DNA from: Phycisphaerales bacterium | GTDB taxonomy: Bacteria > Planctomycetota > Phycisphaerae > Phycisphaerales > UBA1924 | NCBI GenBank assembly: GCA_965227775.1 | Contig: OZ245777.1 | Span: 1,056,001-1,120,000, forward strand | Direction: 5' to 3' | Length of the DNA stretch: 64,000 bases | Part shown: positions 9,803-20,017 of the stretch, piece by piece | Numbering within the stretch: the stretch's first letter is position 1 | Layout: the number at the start of each line of letters is the position of its first letter | The notes under the pieces: generated by a model | Database searches by the model: none | The model's input: only the letters and a program-made list of their open reading frames with translations | What the model was told of the DNA's origin: nothing | Translations under genes and position numbers: made by a program

Positions 9803-11599
9803 TTAGCAGCCCGCGTCGAACTGGTTCTGGAACTCGAGGAAGTCGAACAGCGTGAGGATGCCGTCGTCGTCGAAGTCTGCGGTTAGGTCGCCCGCGTCGA
9901 AGAGGTTCTGGAACGCCAGGAAATCGAAGATGGTGAGTTCGCCGTCGTCGTCAAGGTCGGCGCGGCACCCTTCGCCCAGTGCAAGTTGATAGATGCCGCC
10001 CTCGGTCCCGCCCACAAACGTGACGTCGAAGAGCACAACGCCCAGGTCATTGAGCTGGTCACCGAAGCCTGACTGCTGGCCCGGGCCGCCCCTAAAGAAG
10101 GCGGTCTCGACGGGCAGGGGGAAGCCCCGTCCAGGCAACTCGCCGCCGTCGCGTGCGATCAGGCTCAGGCCGCGGCTCTTGCTCCAAGACCAGACCGATC
10201 CCGCGGGCTGGCCGGCTTCCTCGATGAGCGCGAAGAACACGACATCGCCCCGCGTGTTCGTCGCGAAGTTGCCAACGGACGTGAAGGTCGCGCCAGTGAT
10301 GCCAGGTGCGGGCGAGCCGGCTCGGACAACCAGCTCGAGTGCATCTACCGGCCCCGCGAAGAGGGCCCGCTTGTTGAGGCTGAAGGGCGTGATGTCGGGC
10401 CCGGCGAGGTCGGCGGCGACGACGATGTTGCCATTGCCGCTCAAGATCGGCTGCACGATGGGCAGCACGAAGTCGGAGCCGGCGTCCTGGATGAGTGCGT
10501 CGATGCTGAAGCCGGGCAATCCCGGGGCGTCGTCGCCCTCGGCCAGCACCGGTACCGATGCGCCGATCGGTCCGGCGAAGAGCGTTTGCCGGGTCGACGC
10601 GAGCGGGCCGAACTCGGCGCGGAAGATGATCTCATTGCGATCGTTGGTCTCCGGTTCGCGTAGAATGCGAAAACGGTCGTCGGCAGTGTCCGCCAGCGTT
10701 GTGCGAGCCAGCAGCTGCGGGGTTCCGTTGTGATCGAAGGCGTACAGCGTCTGGTCGTTTCCTGGTGTAACCCCGGGCCCGGTGATCCGAGCGAGGACGA
10801 GTGTGACGCCAAGATCGTTGAGCCGCGGCTCTGTGATCGACGGGCCGGCCACACACGTCGGGCAGCCGAACAGGACCCCGGGCAGGTTTGGCGCGGCGTC
10901 TCCCTCGCGAAGCAGCACGGTGGATACGTCGCCGTCGCGGAGGACGACGATCTCCTCGTTGGTGATGTCGACGCTTGGTCCGGTGAGCGTCGCGGCATAC
11001 ACGATCTGGCCGGCATTGTTCAGCCTTGCGTCACCGTTCCGCGCCGAGTCGGCCAGCACGCCGAAGCTCTGGTAGCTGGTGCCCGCGGGAAGTTCGGGGC
11101 TCAGATCGGGTCGGTCGTTGCGAGCAAGGACACGCAACTCGGACTCATCTCCAGCGAGCAGATAAGCCGCCACGCCCTCGAAAGAAAACGGACCGGTCGC
11201 ACGTACCGATCCACCGGTGAACACGAACTGCCCTTCATCGTTAAACGCGCGCGAGTCACGGATCGCGTACACCTCGTCTGGGCCAGCAAAGGGGTGCGGC
11301 TCGCCACCGACGGCGACGGGTTCGATGCCCAGGCCCCGGTCGATGTAGATGCCGTTGTTCAGGATGATCGAGTAAAAGAAGAACGGCGGGCTATCCCAAC
11401 GGATGCCCAGATTGAGCGCAAGCTCGCCAGATGCGTTGATGGCGTAGTCGCTGCCGAAGCTCCCGCCCGAAAACGTTCCCGGGCCAAACACGGGTATGGG
11501 TGCGTCCTCGCCTCCGAGGACGAGTGGTACGGGATCCTGCTGCGCAGCGACGATGCCCGCGCTTGCAAGCAAAGCCAGCACTCCTGAACTGCCTCTCAT
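9803..11599 (-). CDS. Secreted NxxGxxxF tandem-repeat (probable beta-propeller) protein with dockerin-like module
   Basis: Signal peptide MRGSSGVLALLASAGIVAAQ; repeats INASGELA, NDEGQFVF, LNNAGQIVY, NTRGDVVF, LNDLGVVLF with GDxAP motifs; terminal dockerin-like module. Confidence 0.85.
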   Translation of the reverse strand: MRGSSGVLALLASAGIVAAQQDPVPLVLGGEDAPIPVFGPGTFSGGSFGSDYAINASGELALNLGIRWDSPPFFFYSIILNNGIYIDRGLGIEPVAVGGEPHPFAGPDEVYAIRDSRAFNDEGQFVFTGGSVRATGPFSFEGVAAYLLAGDESELRVLARNDRPDLSPELPAGTSYQSFGVLADSARNGDARLNNAGQIVYAATLTGPSVDITNEEIVVLRDGDVSTVLLREGDAAPNLPGVLFGCPTCVAGPSITEPRLNDLGVTLVLARITGPGVTPGNDQTLYAFDHNGTPQLLARTTLADTADDRFRILREPETNDRNEIIFRAEFGPLASTRQTLFAGPIGASVPVLAEGDDAPGLPGFSIDALIQDAGSDFVLPIVQPILSGNGNIVVAADLAGPDITPFSLNKRALFAGPVDALELVVRAGSPAPGITGATFTSVGNFATNTRGDVVFFALIEEAGQPAGSVWSWSKSRGLSLIARDGGELPGRGFPLPVETAFFRGGPGQQSGFGDQLNDLGVVLFDVTFVGGTEGGIYQLALGEGCRADLDDDGELTIFDFLAFQNLFDAGDLTADFDDDGILTLFDFLEFQNQFDAGC

Positions 11600-11725
11600 A
11601 TTCCTTCCCTCCGGTGTTTCTGGCATACGAGCGCTACGTGTGTACGCTCGACTGCGTGGACCCACAAGGAAAGCCCTACGCGTGCGGGACTATTCAGATG
11701 GTGCTTCCTGTTTGCTGAAGACTCG

Positions 11726-12745
11726 TCAGCAGCCCGCGTCGAACTGGTTCTGGAACTCGAGGAAGTCGAACAGCGTGAGGCTGCCGTCGTCGTCGAAGTC
11801 GGCGGTTAGGTCGCCCGCGTCGAAGAGGTTCTGGAAGGCCAGGAAGTCGAAGAGGGTGAGTTCGCCGTCGCCGTCGATATCGGCGCGGCAGCCGCCGACG
11901 TCGAGCAGGTTGGGGGTGTACGCGGCGCCACCGGTTGGGTTGGGGGCCAGCGGCGTGCCCGCGGGCGCGGGGTAGGGCGAGTCGGCCGTGCTGAAGGTGC
12001 CGCTTGCGAGGTCGTAGATGTGGTGCACGCCGCCATTCGCGTTCGCGTTGTCGGTGAGCAGGAATACCTCGCCGCCGCCGGCAGCCAGGCCATCAACATC
12101 GGTCACGCCGTCGGGGAATCGCACGACCTCCGTCAGGCCCGCGCCGGGGTCGAGCGGGTCAACGCTGTAGATCCAGCGGCCGCCGGTGTCGTCATCGTCG
12201 GCGAGGTACACGAGCCCGTCATCCTCGTTGAAGTCGATGCCGCCGATGGTGAAGGTGCTGCCGGTGTCCTGGTAGTCGAGCACGAGCGTCAGCACGCCGG
12301 TAGACAGGTCGATGGCGAACAGGCCCTCGGGCAGGCCGGCGCTGCCGAGCGTGCGCGTGCCATAGAGGATGTCGGCGTCGCTGTCGTAGGCGAGGCCATC
12401 GATGGAGATGTCGTTGCCCATGGCGTCCTGGGTCTCGACGAGCTTCGTTGGGTTGAGCAGGTCGTCGTAGCTGAAGACGTAGACGTCGTCGTTCGGTCCG
12501 TTGCGAACGGTCGCGAAGAAGCGGCGGTTGCGGTCGTCGCCCGCGAGGCCGGTGAAGCCCGGTGCCGTGGCGGGGATGCCCAGGTCGGTCTCGATGTCGA
12601 ACAGAAAGGTGTTGCTGTCGCCCAGGTTGAAGAAGGCCTCGGGCTGATTCTCGCCGAACACGGGCTTGGTGATACCTGTGGTAAACTGGGCGCTTGCGGC
12701 TGTGGCAAGACCGGCAACGGCAGCAATGGCGGCGATCGTGCGCAT
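11726..12745 (-). CDS. Secreted probable beta-propeller protein with dockerin-like module
   Basis: Signal peptide MRTIAAIAAVAGLATAASAQ; repeats FTGLAGD, IDGLAYD, IGGIDF, VDGLAA; terminal dockerin-like module. Confidence 0.85.
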   Translation of the reverse strand: MRTIAAIAAVAGLATAASAQFTTGITKPVFGENQPEAFFNLGDSNTFLFDIETDLGIPATAPGFTGLAGDDRNRRFFATVRNGPNDDVYVFSYDDLLNPTKLVETQDAMGNDISIDGLAYDSDADILYGTRTLGSAGLPEGLFAIDLSTGVLTLVLDYQDTGSTFTIGGIDFNEDDGLVYLADDDDTGGRWIYSVDPLDPGAGLTEVVRFPDGVTDVDGLAAGGGEVFLLTDNANANGGVHHIYDLASGTFSTADSPYPAPAGTPLAPNPTGGAAYTPNLLDVGGCRADIDGDGELTLFDFLAFQNLFDAGDLTADFDDDGSLTLFDFLEFQNQFDAGC

Positions 12746-12963
12746 GGAGCGTGTCCTCTCTCCCGCTGTAGCGGGCTCGTGGTTTCTCCCCAGAGTCGAT
12801 ACAGGTTGGCATGACGATAACCGCCGCCGCGTGCACGCCGGCACGGTTCGCGTTGTATCAAGGAGATTTCGCGCGCTGCGCGGGGGATTGCGGAGCGCGA
12901 TAACACGCTTCACATGGTCTGTTCGGATGCCATCGGGGTGATGCGGCAGCGCTCTGCGATGGG

Positions 12964-14220
12964 TCAGTCGCCCAGCGGGGTACGCATCCAAGACACGATG
13001 GCGTCGAGGTGGCCCGCGGGCTTGGGGCCAGCATTGCCGTCCTTACGCGCGATAGCGATGAGGAACTGGGGCTTGCCGCCGCCCGTCGGCCAGCGTTCGT
13101 CCCGAGCGGCGATGGGGTCGATGGGCCACATGCCTGGGGGCAGATCTGGGCTGTAGACCTCGTCGCTGGGGTTCTGGCCGATCCAACGCTCGACCGCAAG
13201 CCCGCTCTCGATCATGGCGGAGAAATCGGCAAAGCCGAAGTCGTGCACGTGGTGTGGCGTGGGACCAAGACGGTTGGGAGTGCTGATCACCAGCCGCCCG
13301 CCGGGCTTCAGGATTCGCCGCAGCTCGGCAACAAGGCCGGTCGCGTCTTGCACGTGTTCGATGGTCTCGAAGCTGGCGGCCAGGTCGTACGCGTTGGAAC
13401 TCAATGGCGTGTCGCATGCATCTGCGGCATGGAAGCTGCACGCACCATCGCAGCCGTGCTGGCGCGCGGCGTAGTCGACCGCTTCCGCATCGATATCGAC
13501 ACCGTCGGTGCGAGCGCCTGCAATGGTGCCCAGGATGCGCGAGCCGTAGCCCGTGCCGCTGGCGACATCGGCAATGCGCTTGGCGCCGTTCTGCTTGGCA
13601 ACCTCCGCGGCCAGCTCGTAGCGCCGCGCGTGCAGTTCCGTGCGAGCGGGTGGGATGATGGACTGGAGCGCGTCGTGCCGCTCGGTCCGATTGGTGACGA
13701 GCCAGCGAGCGTCTTCGAGCGACAGCCCGCCGGCGATCAGCCGCTCGATGGTGGTGTCGGCTTCCCACACGGTGTCGTCCGGCACGTAGAGCGAGACGAT
13801 GCGGACCGGCGTGCCGGCGAACGCCGCGCGGGCACGCTCGCCAACGGCCTCCTCGTGTTCGGTCGTGCTCAGGATGATCGCTTGGAACGTTGGGTTCGAG
13901 GCGGCCGCGGTTGGCGTCTTGACGGGCACGCCGGCAACGTCGTCACGCGAGGGCTGGTCGTCCAGCACGGCGGTCACGCGGATGCCATGGAACAGCCAGG
14001 GCTGGCGGATGATGGCCCGGGTGTGCCGGCCGCCGGGGTAGAGCGCGATGCGAGTGACGCCGTGGGCTGCGAGCCACGCGGCGGTGCGGTCGAGCAGCCG
14101 CTCGCGAAGCTGTGGCACAACGGCCAGGCGCGGGGACTTGGGCTGCCATGCCTGGGGTGTGCCGTGATCAGTCGTGGGTCGATGGGTGTGCGGCGCGCTC
14201 ACTGGCTCGTCATCGGCCAT
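12964..14220 (-). CDS. Class I SAM-dependent methyltransferase with N-terminal small Rossmann-like domain
   Basis: HARRY, IADVASGTGYG, GVDID, SFETIEHV, LKPGGRLVISTPN. Confidence 0.85.
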   Translation of the reverse strand: MADDEPVSAPHTHRPTTDHGTPQAWQPKSPRLAVVPQLRERLLDRTAAWLAAHGVTRIALYPGGRHTRAIIRQPWLFHGIRVTAVLDDQPSRDDVAGVPVKTPTAAASNPTFQAIILSTTEHEEAVGERARAAFAGTPVRIVSLYVPDDTVWEADTTIERLIAGGLSLEDARWLVTNRTERHDALQSIIPPARTELHARRYELAAEVAKQNGAKRIADVASGTGYGSRILGTIAGARTDGVDIDAEAVDYAARQHGCDGACSFHAADACDTPLSSNAYDLAASFETIEHVQDATGLVAELRRILKPGGRLVISTPNRLGPTPHHVHDFGFADFSAMIESGLAVERWIGQNPSDEVYSPDLPPGMWPIDPIAARDERWPTGGGKPQFLIAIARKDGNAGPKPAGHLDAIVSWMRTPLGD

Positions 14221-14260
14221 CTTCTGGTGCCGGCACGAACGCGGGGCCGATGAGCGGGGC

Positions 14261-16339
14261 ATGTCCGCCGTCCCAGCCGTCCGTGCGCCCGCAGGTTCAG
14301 ACCCCGCGTTCGATGTCGCGACCGCGCTGTGGCCCGATGCGCAGCGGGCGTGGGACCTGAGCGGCGGCGTGCTCGAAGGCGTGGGCGTGGCGCTCGCGGA
14401 AACCCCGCCTGCGCCCAAGGGCGGCACGATCTGGCCGCCCGGCGAGCTCTTCGCGCCGCCGCTGGTCATCGTCGGCGCCGCATCTGCAGACTTGCTCGCG
14501 CGGGCAATCGAGGAGCGATCGGGCTCGCTGCAGTACCTGCCCCGGGTGATGGTGGTCGAGCCGCGGGCCGAGGCGGCATTGGTAGGCCTCGCTCGCCTGG
14601 GTGAGCATGCGGCGCGCGACCTGCTCGCGGCGGCGGGGATCGAATGGTTCGTCGGTCCGGCGGCGATGGAGCGGCTGGAGTCGTGGCTCGTCGATCACGC
14701 CGACAACCCCTTGCCCAAGAGCGTCATCGACAACGGTGCGGCCCCGGGCACCGCGGCCGGCGTGGCCAAGCTCCTGGGCGAGGCGCACGCGCGCCAGCAG
14801 GCGGCCATGCGAGAGCACGGAGCCACGCTCCGCCAGTGGGCCAACAGCCGCGAGAAACAGGCGGCGATCGTCGAGCGGTGGCGGAGTGCCGGCTCGCTGC
14901 GCCTGCTCGTCCTGACTTCCCGGTTCTCGACGTACATGTGGCCCTCGGCGATCGACCTCGTGGAGGCCCTCGAGTCGATCGGCCACGATGCCCGGCTGCT
15001 GGTCGAGCCCGACGACCACACCAGGCAGACGCAGCTGCACTACACGCGTGCGATGATCGATTTCGAGCCCGACGGCGTCGTGCTGCTGAACTATCTGCGG
15101 CCGCACATCGGGCCGGTCGTGCCGCCGCACGTGCCCGTGGTCACGTGGTCGCAGGACGCGATGGGCCACTACTTCTTCGGTGGGCAGCTCTCGCGGAGCG
15201 GCCCGCGCGACTTCGTCGTCGGAATGCTCTACCCCGAGCTGCGTGATCGCCTCGGGGTTCCAGAAGAACGCATGCTGGGCTGGCTGAATCCGGTCTCGCC
15301 GTCCAAGTTCCATGCTGGGCCCGTTGCCGCGGAGCACGAGCACCTTCGCTGCGATGTCGCGCTCATGACGCGGCATAGCGAGTCGCCCGAGCGCTACATC
15401 CGCCGGATGTTCGCAGAGGGTGGCGCGGCGAGCGCGTACGGCAAAGCGATCCTCGAGCTCGAACACCGCGTGCCGGCAGCAATGGAGCGGGCGGCGGCGG
15501 GGCAACGCTGGCTCTTGCATGAGCTGCGATCCGAGTGCGAGGCGGCGCTGAGGGCAACGAGCACGCGGGCGCCGGCGCAGCCGATGGTGGAGGGGCTCAT
15601 GCAGCAGATCGCCTATCCACTGGCGGACCTGTACTTTCGCCAGCAAGCCGCGGGTTGGGCGGCCGCCGCGTGCGCGCGGCGCGGATGGCGGCTTCACCTC
15701 TACGGCAAGGGATGGGAGGACCATCCGGAACTTGCCGAGCATGCGCGCGGTGAGCTGACGCACGGCGAGCAGCTCCGTGCGGCCTATCAGCTGGCCGGCG
15801 TGACGCTCCATGCCTCGGTTCGCGGCCAGAACCACCAGCGTGTGGCCGAGGCGTCGATGAGCGGGGGGCTGCCGATCGTGCGCCGCACGTTCGAGGACCT
15901 CGATCGCGCGCGCTGGTACCAGCTCAACGCGATGGTCGGATCCTGCAAGCCCGACGGACAGACCGACGATGGGCGTCCGTTGTTCTCGATCGCGAACCAC
16001 GATGGGCTGATGCGCGTTGCCGCGCTGTGGGGCCGCTGCGGCTTGACCCTTGGCGAAGATGGCATGGTCGGGCCAACACGCGAAGAGATGGCAATACTCG
16101 CGGACTGCCCGCTGGGCAAGCCCAAGCTCCCCGATGAAGACCCCGCGTGGCCCCTGATCGATGTCGGCTCTGTCGGCTTCGGGAACGAGGGGGAGCTCGA
16201 GACGATCATCGAGCGCTCGATGGACGGCGCGTGGCGGACCAGATGGTCAGCCGCGATCGGCGAGCGGGCCCGTGAGCGATTCGCCATGGACCGCTTCGCC
16301 CGCGACGTGGTCGAGCTGGTCCGCGCGAGCTTCCGCTAG
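14261..16339 (+). CDS. Glycosyltransferase-like protein with CgeB/Glyco_trans_1_2-like C-terminus
   Basis: LHLYGKGWE...ARGEL..GEQLRAAYQ...HQRVAEASMSGG; ends ARERFAMD. Confidence 0.65.
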   Translation: MSAVPAVRAPAGSDPAFDVATALWPDAQRAWDLSGGVLEGVGVALAETPPAPKGGTIWPPGELFAPPLVIVGAASADLLARAIEERSGSLQYLPRVMVVEPRAEAALVGLARLGEHAARDLLAAAGIEWFVGPAAMERLESWLVDHADNPLPKSVIDNGAAPGTAAGVAKLLGEAHARQQAAMREHGATLRQWANSREKQAAIVERWRSAGSLRLLVLTSRFSTYMWPSAIDLVEALESIGHDARLLVEPDDHTRQTQLHYTRAMIDFEPDGVVLLNYLRPHIGPVVPPHVPVVTWSQDAMGHYFFGGQLSRSGPRDFVVGMLYPELRDRLGVPEERMLGWLNPVSPSKFHAGPVAAEHEHLRCDVALMTRHSESPERYIRRMFAEGGAASAYGKAILELEHRVPAAMERAAAGQRWLLHELRSECEAALRATSTRAPAQPMVEGLMQQIAYPLADLYFRQQAAGWAAAACARRGWRLHLYGKGWEDHPELAEHARGELTHGEQLRAAYQLAGVTLHASVRGQNHQRVAEASMSGGLPIVRRTFEDLDRARWYQLNAMVGSCKPDGQTDDGRPLFSIANHDGLMRVAALWGRCGLTLGEDGMVGPTREEMAILADCPLGKPKLPDEDPAWPLIDVGSVGFGNEGELETIIERSMDGAWRTRWSAAIGERARERFAMDRFARDVVELVRASFR

Positions 16340-18277
16340 GTCGATCAGTTCGGTCGGCAGGCCGCTCTCGCGGCAGCGGGGCAGGTCGCGCTGGTGCAGT
16401 ACGAGCAGCGAGTCTGGTGCGAGGTGCTTGAGGCCCGCATCGAAGGCGTGCACCGGCAAGCCCATGTGCGTTGTTGGCTCTGCAGCACGATCGTCGAGCC
16501 AGCCAACGATGGGAGCGCCGTGGAGAATTGGCGCGATCAGGACCGGCGTGCGCTCACCATGAACAACGACGGCGATGCGTACGCAATCTGCCCGCACGAG
16601 CCGATCGATGGTGCGCTCGGCGGCGTACACGCCAGCCTCGACGCAGCCGTTCGGCGAGACCGCAACACCGAGGCCGCGAGCGCGCCACCCTGCGACGAGT
16701 TGCGGGTTTGGTCGCGGAGCGCTGGCCCGAATGAGGACGGCATCGCAGCCTGGGCCAGGGGCGTTGATGGCGACGCGCTCGTAGCCGGCCAATCGCAATT
16801 CTTCTTCAAACCAGGCGTCAGCGGCAGCCTCATCTGCGGGGGAGCGTGGGCCCCAAGGCCATGCCTCGATAGTGCGTACGGCATGGTCCGTGCGCTGCGC
16901 GAGCCGGGGGTCATCGCAGCACACACCGCGCGACACCAACTGGGCGGCAAGTGGCAGCGCACGGTCGTCATCGAAGACAATCCGCTCCGGTCGCAGCATG
17001 AGCGCGGCATCCAGGACTAGCTGGTTGCGCTCGTGGGTCGGTAGCGTCGGATCGGGCACGATCTCGTGTGCGCGAGGGTGGTCGAGCTTTGGCGTGCGGG
17101 CATCGGCGTAGTTGAGGGGGCTGAGTCCCACGCACAGGAGGTGGTCATGTGGCTTGGTGCGCATCGTCGACATCGCGGCGTCGACGATTGGAGGCCTTGG
17201 CTGCTCGTGATCACAGATGGCGATGTGCAGCGTCTCGCATGAAGCGGCCGAGACGCGGAGGCGCGCCATGGATGGGATGGCGTTGGTGTTGCCGTTCCGC
17301 CGCACGTCCATCAGCTCGCGGGTGACGTTGGCCGCCGCGTGGGGCGTGGAGAGCTCGTTCAGGATCGTGCATTGGCATTGCTTGGCTGGCCCGCCGAGGA
17401 TCGCGTCGAGCAGGTCGTCACAAGAGCGCAGGTGCTCGATGGGCAAGTCGGCGATCGCAGAGGCGTCGAGGTCATCGGCCCACACCCACGCCGCGGGCAC
17501 CCATAGCGGCCAAGGGTGCGGATGGGCGATCGCAGTGGGCACGCCGGCGAGCATCGACTCGACGGCCAGCGTGCTCGCGGTCGTGATGGTGGCGCGCGCG
17601 CCGGCGAGCGACTCGGTGAGGGGCGCTGCGTCGGGTTCGACGCCCAATTCGTGGGCGAGCGCCGCATCGATGCGCCACCGCACGTCGAGCGTGCGTGTCG
17701 TTGTCCGGACATGCAGTTGCTGCAACATGGCGCGCACGCGGTCGAGGGCGTCGTCGTCCATCGCGGGCGTGAGCGCCGTGGCGACCAGCAGCCATTGCTC
17801 CGGCTCGATTCCTGCGCGGGTGTCGGCGATACGCGCGTCGAAGCCGTCGAGCCGTGGCAAGCCCGTCGTCGCGACGATGTTGCGGAGGTCGGTCAGGATC
17901 TTCGCCTGCAGCGGGCCCATCGCGAGCACGAGGTCGTGGGGCGTGCGCTGCAGGTGGTCGGGCCCGAGCCAGGGGTTACGCATCGTCGCCGCGTGTTCGA
18001 CGACGCCGTCGACCAGCAGCACCGTGGGGATGCCCAACTCGCGGGCAAGGCGCGTGGGGGCGAGGTGGGCGTTGTGGCTCAGGTCGGCAAAGGCAACGGC
18101 GCGGGCGCCCTCGAGCACCTCCTTGATGGCGTGGTGCCCGAAGCGCATCTCGCGATCCCACAGACGCTCGTAGCAGACCTCGATGCCGCGTGCGTTCAGC
18201 GCTCCGGGCACGCCGGCGAACTGGTCGAGCGGGCGGCGGCTGCCGAACAGGACGACGTGGCCCGAACGCGCGGCCAC
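16247..18277 (-). CDS. Hypothetical protein, GT-B/capsule-biosynthesis-like N-terminus
   Basis: LGIPTVLLVDG, TGLPRLD, ITTASTLAVESMLAGVP; directly follows the GT2 gene; 3' end overlaps the convergent gene by 93 bp. Confidence 0.6.
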   Translation of the reverse strand: MAARSGHVVLFGSRRPLDQFAGVPGALNARGIEVCYERLWDREMRFGHHAIKEVLEGARAVAFADLSHNAHLAPTRLARELGIPTVLLVDGVVEHAATMRNPWLGPDHLQRTPHDLVLAMGPLQAKILTDLRNIVATTGLPRLDGFDARIADTRAGIEPEQWLLVATALTPAMDDDALDRVRAMLQQLHVRTTTRTLDVRWRIDAALAHELGVEPDAAPLTESLAGARATITTASTLAVESMLAGVPTAIAHPHPWPLWVPAAWVWADDLDASAIADLPIEHLRSCDDLLDAILGGPAKQCQCTILNELSTPHAAANVTRELMDVRRNGNTNAIPSMARLRVSAASCETLHIAICDHEQPRPPIVDAAMSTMRTKPHDHLLCVGLSPLNYADARTPKLDHPRAHEIVPDPTLPTHERNQLVLDAALMLRPERIVFDDDRALPLAAQLVSRGVCCDDPRLAQRTDHAVRTIEAWPWGPRSPADEAAADAWFEEELRLAGYERVAINAPGPGCDAVLIRASAPRPNPQLVAGWRARGLGVAVSPNGCVEAGVYAAERTIDRLVRADCVRIAVVVHGERTPVLIAPILHGAPIVGWLDDRAAEPTTHMGLPVHAFDAGLKHLAPDSLLVLHQRDLPRCRESGLPTELIDLAEARADQLDHVAGEAVHGESLTGPLADRG

Positions 18278-18280
18278 GGC

Positions 18281-19258
18281 TCAGGCGCTCGCGGGCGCGG
18301 TGAAGACCTGGCCGGGCCTTGGCGGCGGCGCACGGCGGACGGCCGCGAGGAAGCCGGCGGCGCGGGCGGCCATGCGCCATGCGCGGGCACTGGCGAAGAG
18401 TTCGCGGATGTTGGTGCTGAAGACCGGCTTGCGGGCGATGGAATCGAATTGCGCGTACGCATCGGTGGCACCGTCGGTCAGCAGGGCGCGCGCGTCCTCG
18501 ATCGACTGGTCCGAGCCATCGAAGCGATCACCAAAGACGGCCGTTGCGCAGGCGTCGTTGACGCGGTGCAGTTGGAGCGCCTGGTGGCCCAGCAGCGCCT
18601 CGCGCGCCAGGATCTGGCCGGGCTCGTAGCGGTGGTGGTGCGTCGCGCTCGCCTCGGGGCGGTAGAGCACGGGCGCGCCGTGCTTGGTCGTGACGCGGTA
18701 GGCCCACTCGAGGTCGTCGAACATCGGGAAGGTCAGCCGCTCGTCGAAGGCCGCACAGATCGATCGCGGCACGGAGAGGTTCAGCGTCCAGGCGTGGCGG
18801 AAGCCCCAGTCGCGGTCGCGCTCGACGCCGTTCATGTCGCTGTAGAAGAAGAGCAGCGCCGTCTCGCGCGTCATGCGGTCGAGCACGCGGTCGTCGCTCG
18901 GCACGGCGAAGGGTGCATCGCCCAGGACGAGCTTCGGCGCGCCGTCGCGGTGCGCCGCGCGGTGGTGGTCGATGAGGCGCGGGGCGGGCACGACGTCGTC
19001 GTTGAGGAAGAGCACCAGTTCGCCAACGGTGTGCGCGAGCGCGCGGTTGCGCGCGCCGGCGGGGCCAATTGGCTCGCCGGTCACGACCGTCACCGAGCCA
19101 TCGCGGGTCAAGGGTTCGAGGTCGGCGGGCGCATCTTGTCCGTCGATGCTGGCGATCACGCGCAGCTTGGCGTCGCGCTCGGCCAGCAGGGCCGCGATGC
19201 ACCGGGCGAGGGACCCATCGGGCCCGCCGCGGCTCGGGATGATTGCCGTCACGCGCAT
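18281..19258 (-). CDS. Glycosyltransferase family 2
   Basis: VTAIIPS, GPAGARNRAL, LVLFLNDD, FDERL...DDLEWAYR. Confidence 0.9.
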   Translation of the reverse strand: MRVTAIIPSRGGPDGSLARCIAALLAERDAKLRVIASIDGQDAPADLEPLTRDGSVTVVTGEPIGPAGARNRALAHTVGELVLFLNDDVVPAPRLIDHHRAAHRDGAPKLVLGDAPFAVPSDDRVLDRMTRETALLFFYSDMNGVERDRDWGFRHAWTLNLSVPRSICAAFDERLTFPMFDDLEWAYRVTTKHGAPVLYRPEASATHHHRYEPGQILAREALLGHQALQLHRVNDACATAVFGDRFDGSDQSIEDARALLTDGATDAYAQFDSIARKPVFSTNIRELFASARAWRMAARAAGFLAAVRRAPPPRPGQVFTAPASA

Positions 19259-19306
19259 GCGAATGGTCTAACGGCCGATTCGCGCGGCGGCCTCTACAAA
19301 ACCGGC

Positions 19307-19873
19307 TTACCCAGCGCTCGCGAACAGCCCGCCGGCGACCGTTCGCTCGTGGTCCAGCAACCACCGCTTGCGCTCCAGCCCGCCGCCGTAGCCGTGCAAA
19401 CTCCCATCGGCCGCGACCACCCGGTGGCACGGCACAACGACCGCCAGCCGGTTCGCCCCGTTGGCCGCGCCCACGGCCCGGCTGGCCCCGCCGTCCTTGC
19501 CGATCGTCCGGGCGATGTCGCCGTAGCCGACGGTCTGGCCGTACGGAATCCCCAGCAGCGCGTTCCACACGGCGTGCTGGAAGGCCGTGCCCGCCAGCTC
19601 CAGCGGCACGGTGAACCGCCGCAGGTCGCCCACGAAGTAGGCCGCGAGCTCCTGGATGAGCAGGGCCAGGGCCGGGCACTCGGGCGGGTCGACGCTCGGC
19701 CTGACCCGGGCATCGAACATGGTGGCCAGCGCGTCCATCGCGGCCGGTGCCCGGTGCCCAAACTCGACCAGGGCGATCCGCGGCCCGTCGACGTCGGTGA
19801 TGCTGGCGAGGGTCAGCTCGCCGACGGGGCTGGGGATGGTCGTGGTCGTCAGGATGGCGGCGTCGGCTGGCAT
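19307..19873 (-). CDS. ogt: Methylated-DNA--protein-cysteine methyltransferase
   Basis: GTAFQHAVW, IPYGQTVGY, RAVGAANGAN, VPCHRVV, GYGGGLERK. Confidence 0.93.
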   Translation of the reverse strand: MPADAAILTTTTIPSPVGELTLASITDVDGPRIALVEFGHRAPAAMDALATMFDARVRPSVDPPECPALALLIQELAAYFVGDLRRFTVPLELAGTAFQHAVWNALLGIPYGQTVGYGDIARTIGKDGGASRAVGAANGANRLAVVVPCHRVVAADGSLHGYGGGLERKRWLLDHERTVAGGLFASAG

Positions 19874-20017
19874 ACCAAACAATAGCCGTTCAGAAGAGGG
19901 CGAGCGAGGCGTCTTCCTGACGCGTGAGGTTCATCGCGCCCGGACGGTCGGGCGGCCTGAAGCCCCGAGCGTGCGACCGAAGAGCCCGTCGGAGCGGGCG
20001 GGGTCAACCATCCGGCG

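Noticed and set aside
17516..19885. 789-aa plus-strand ORF over the GT2/ogt region
   Set aside because: Antisense to three well-supported minus-strand genes and has no motifs
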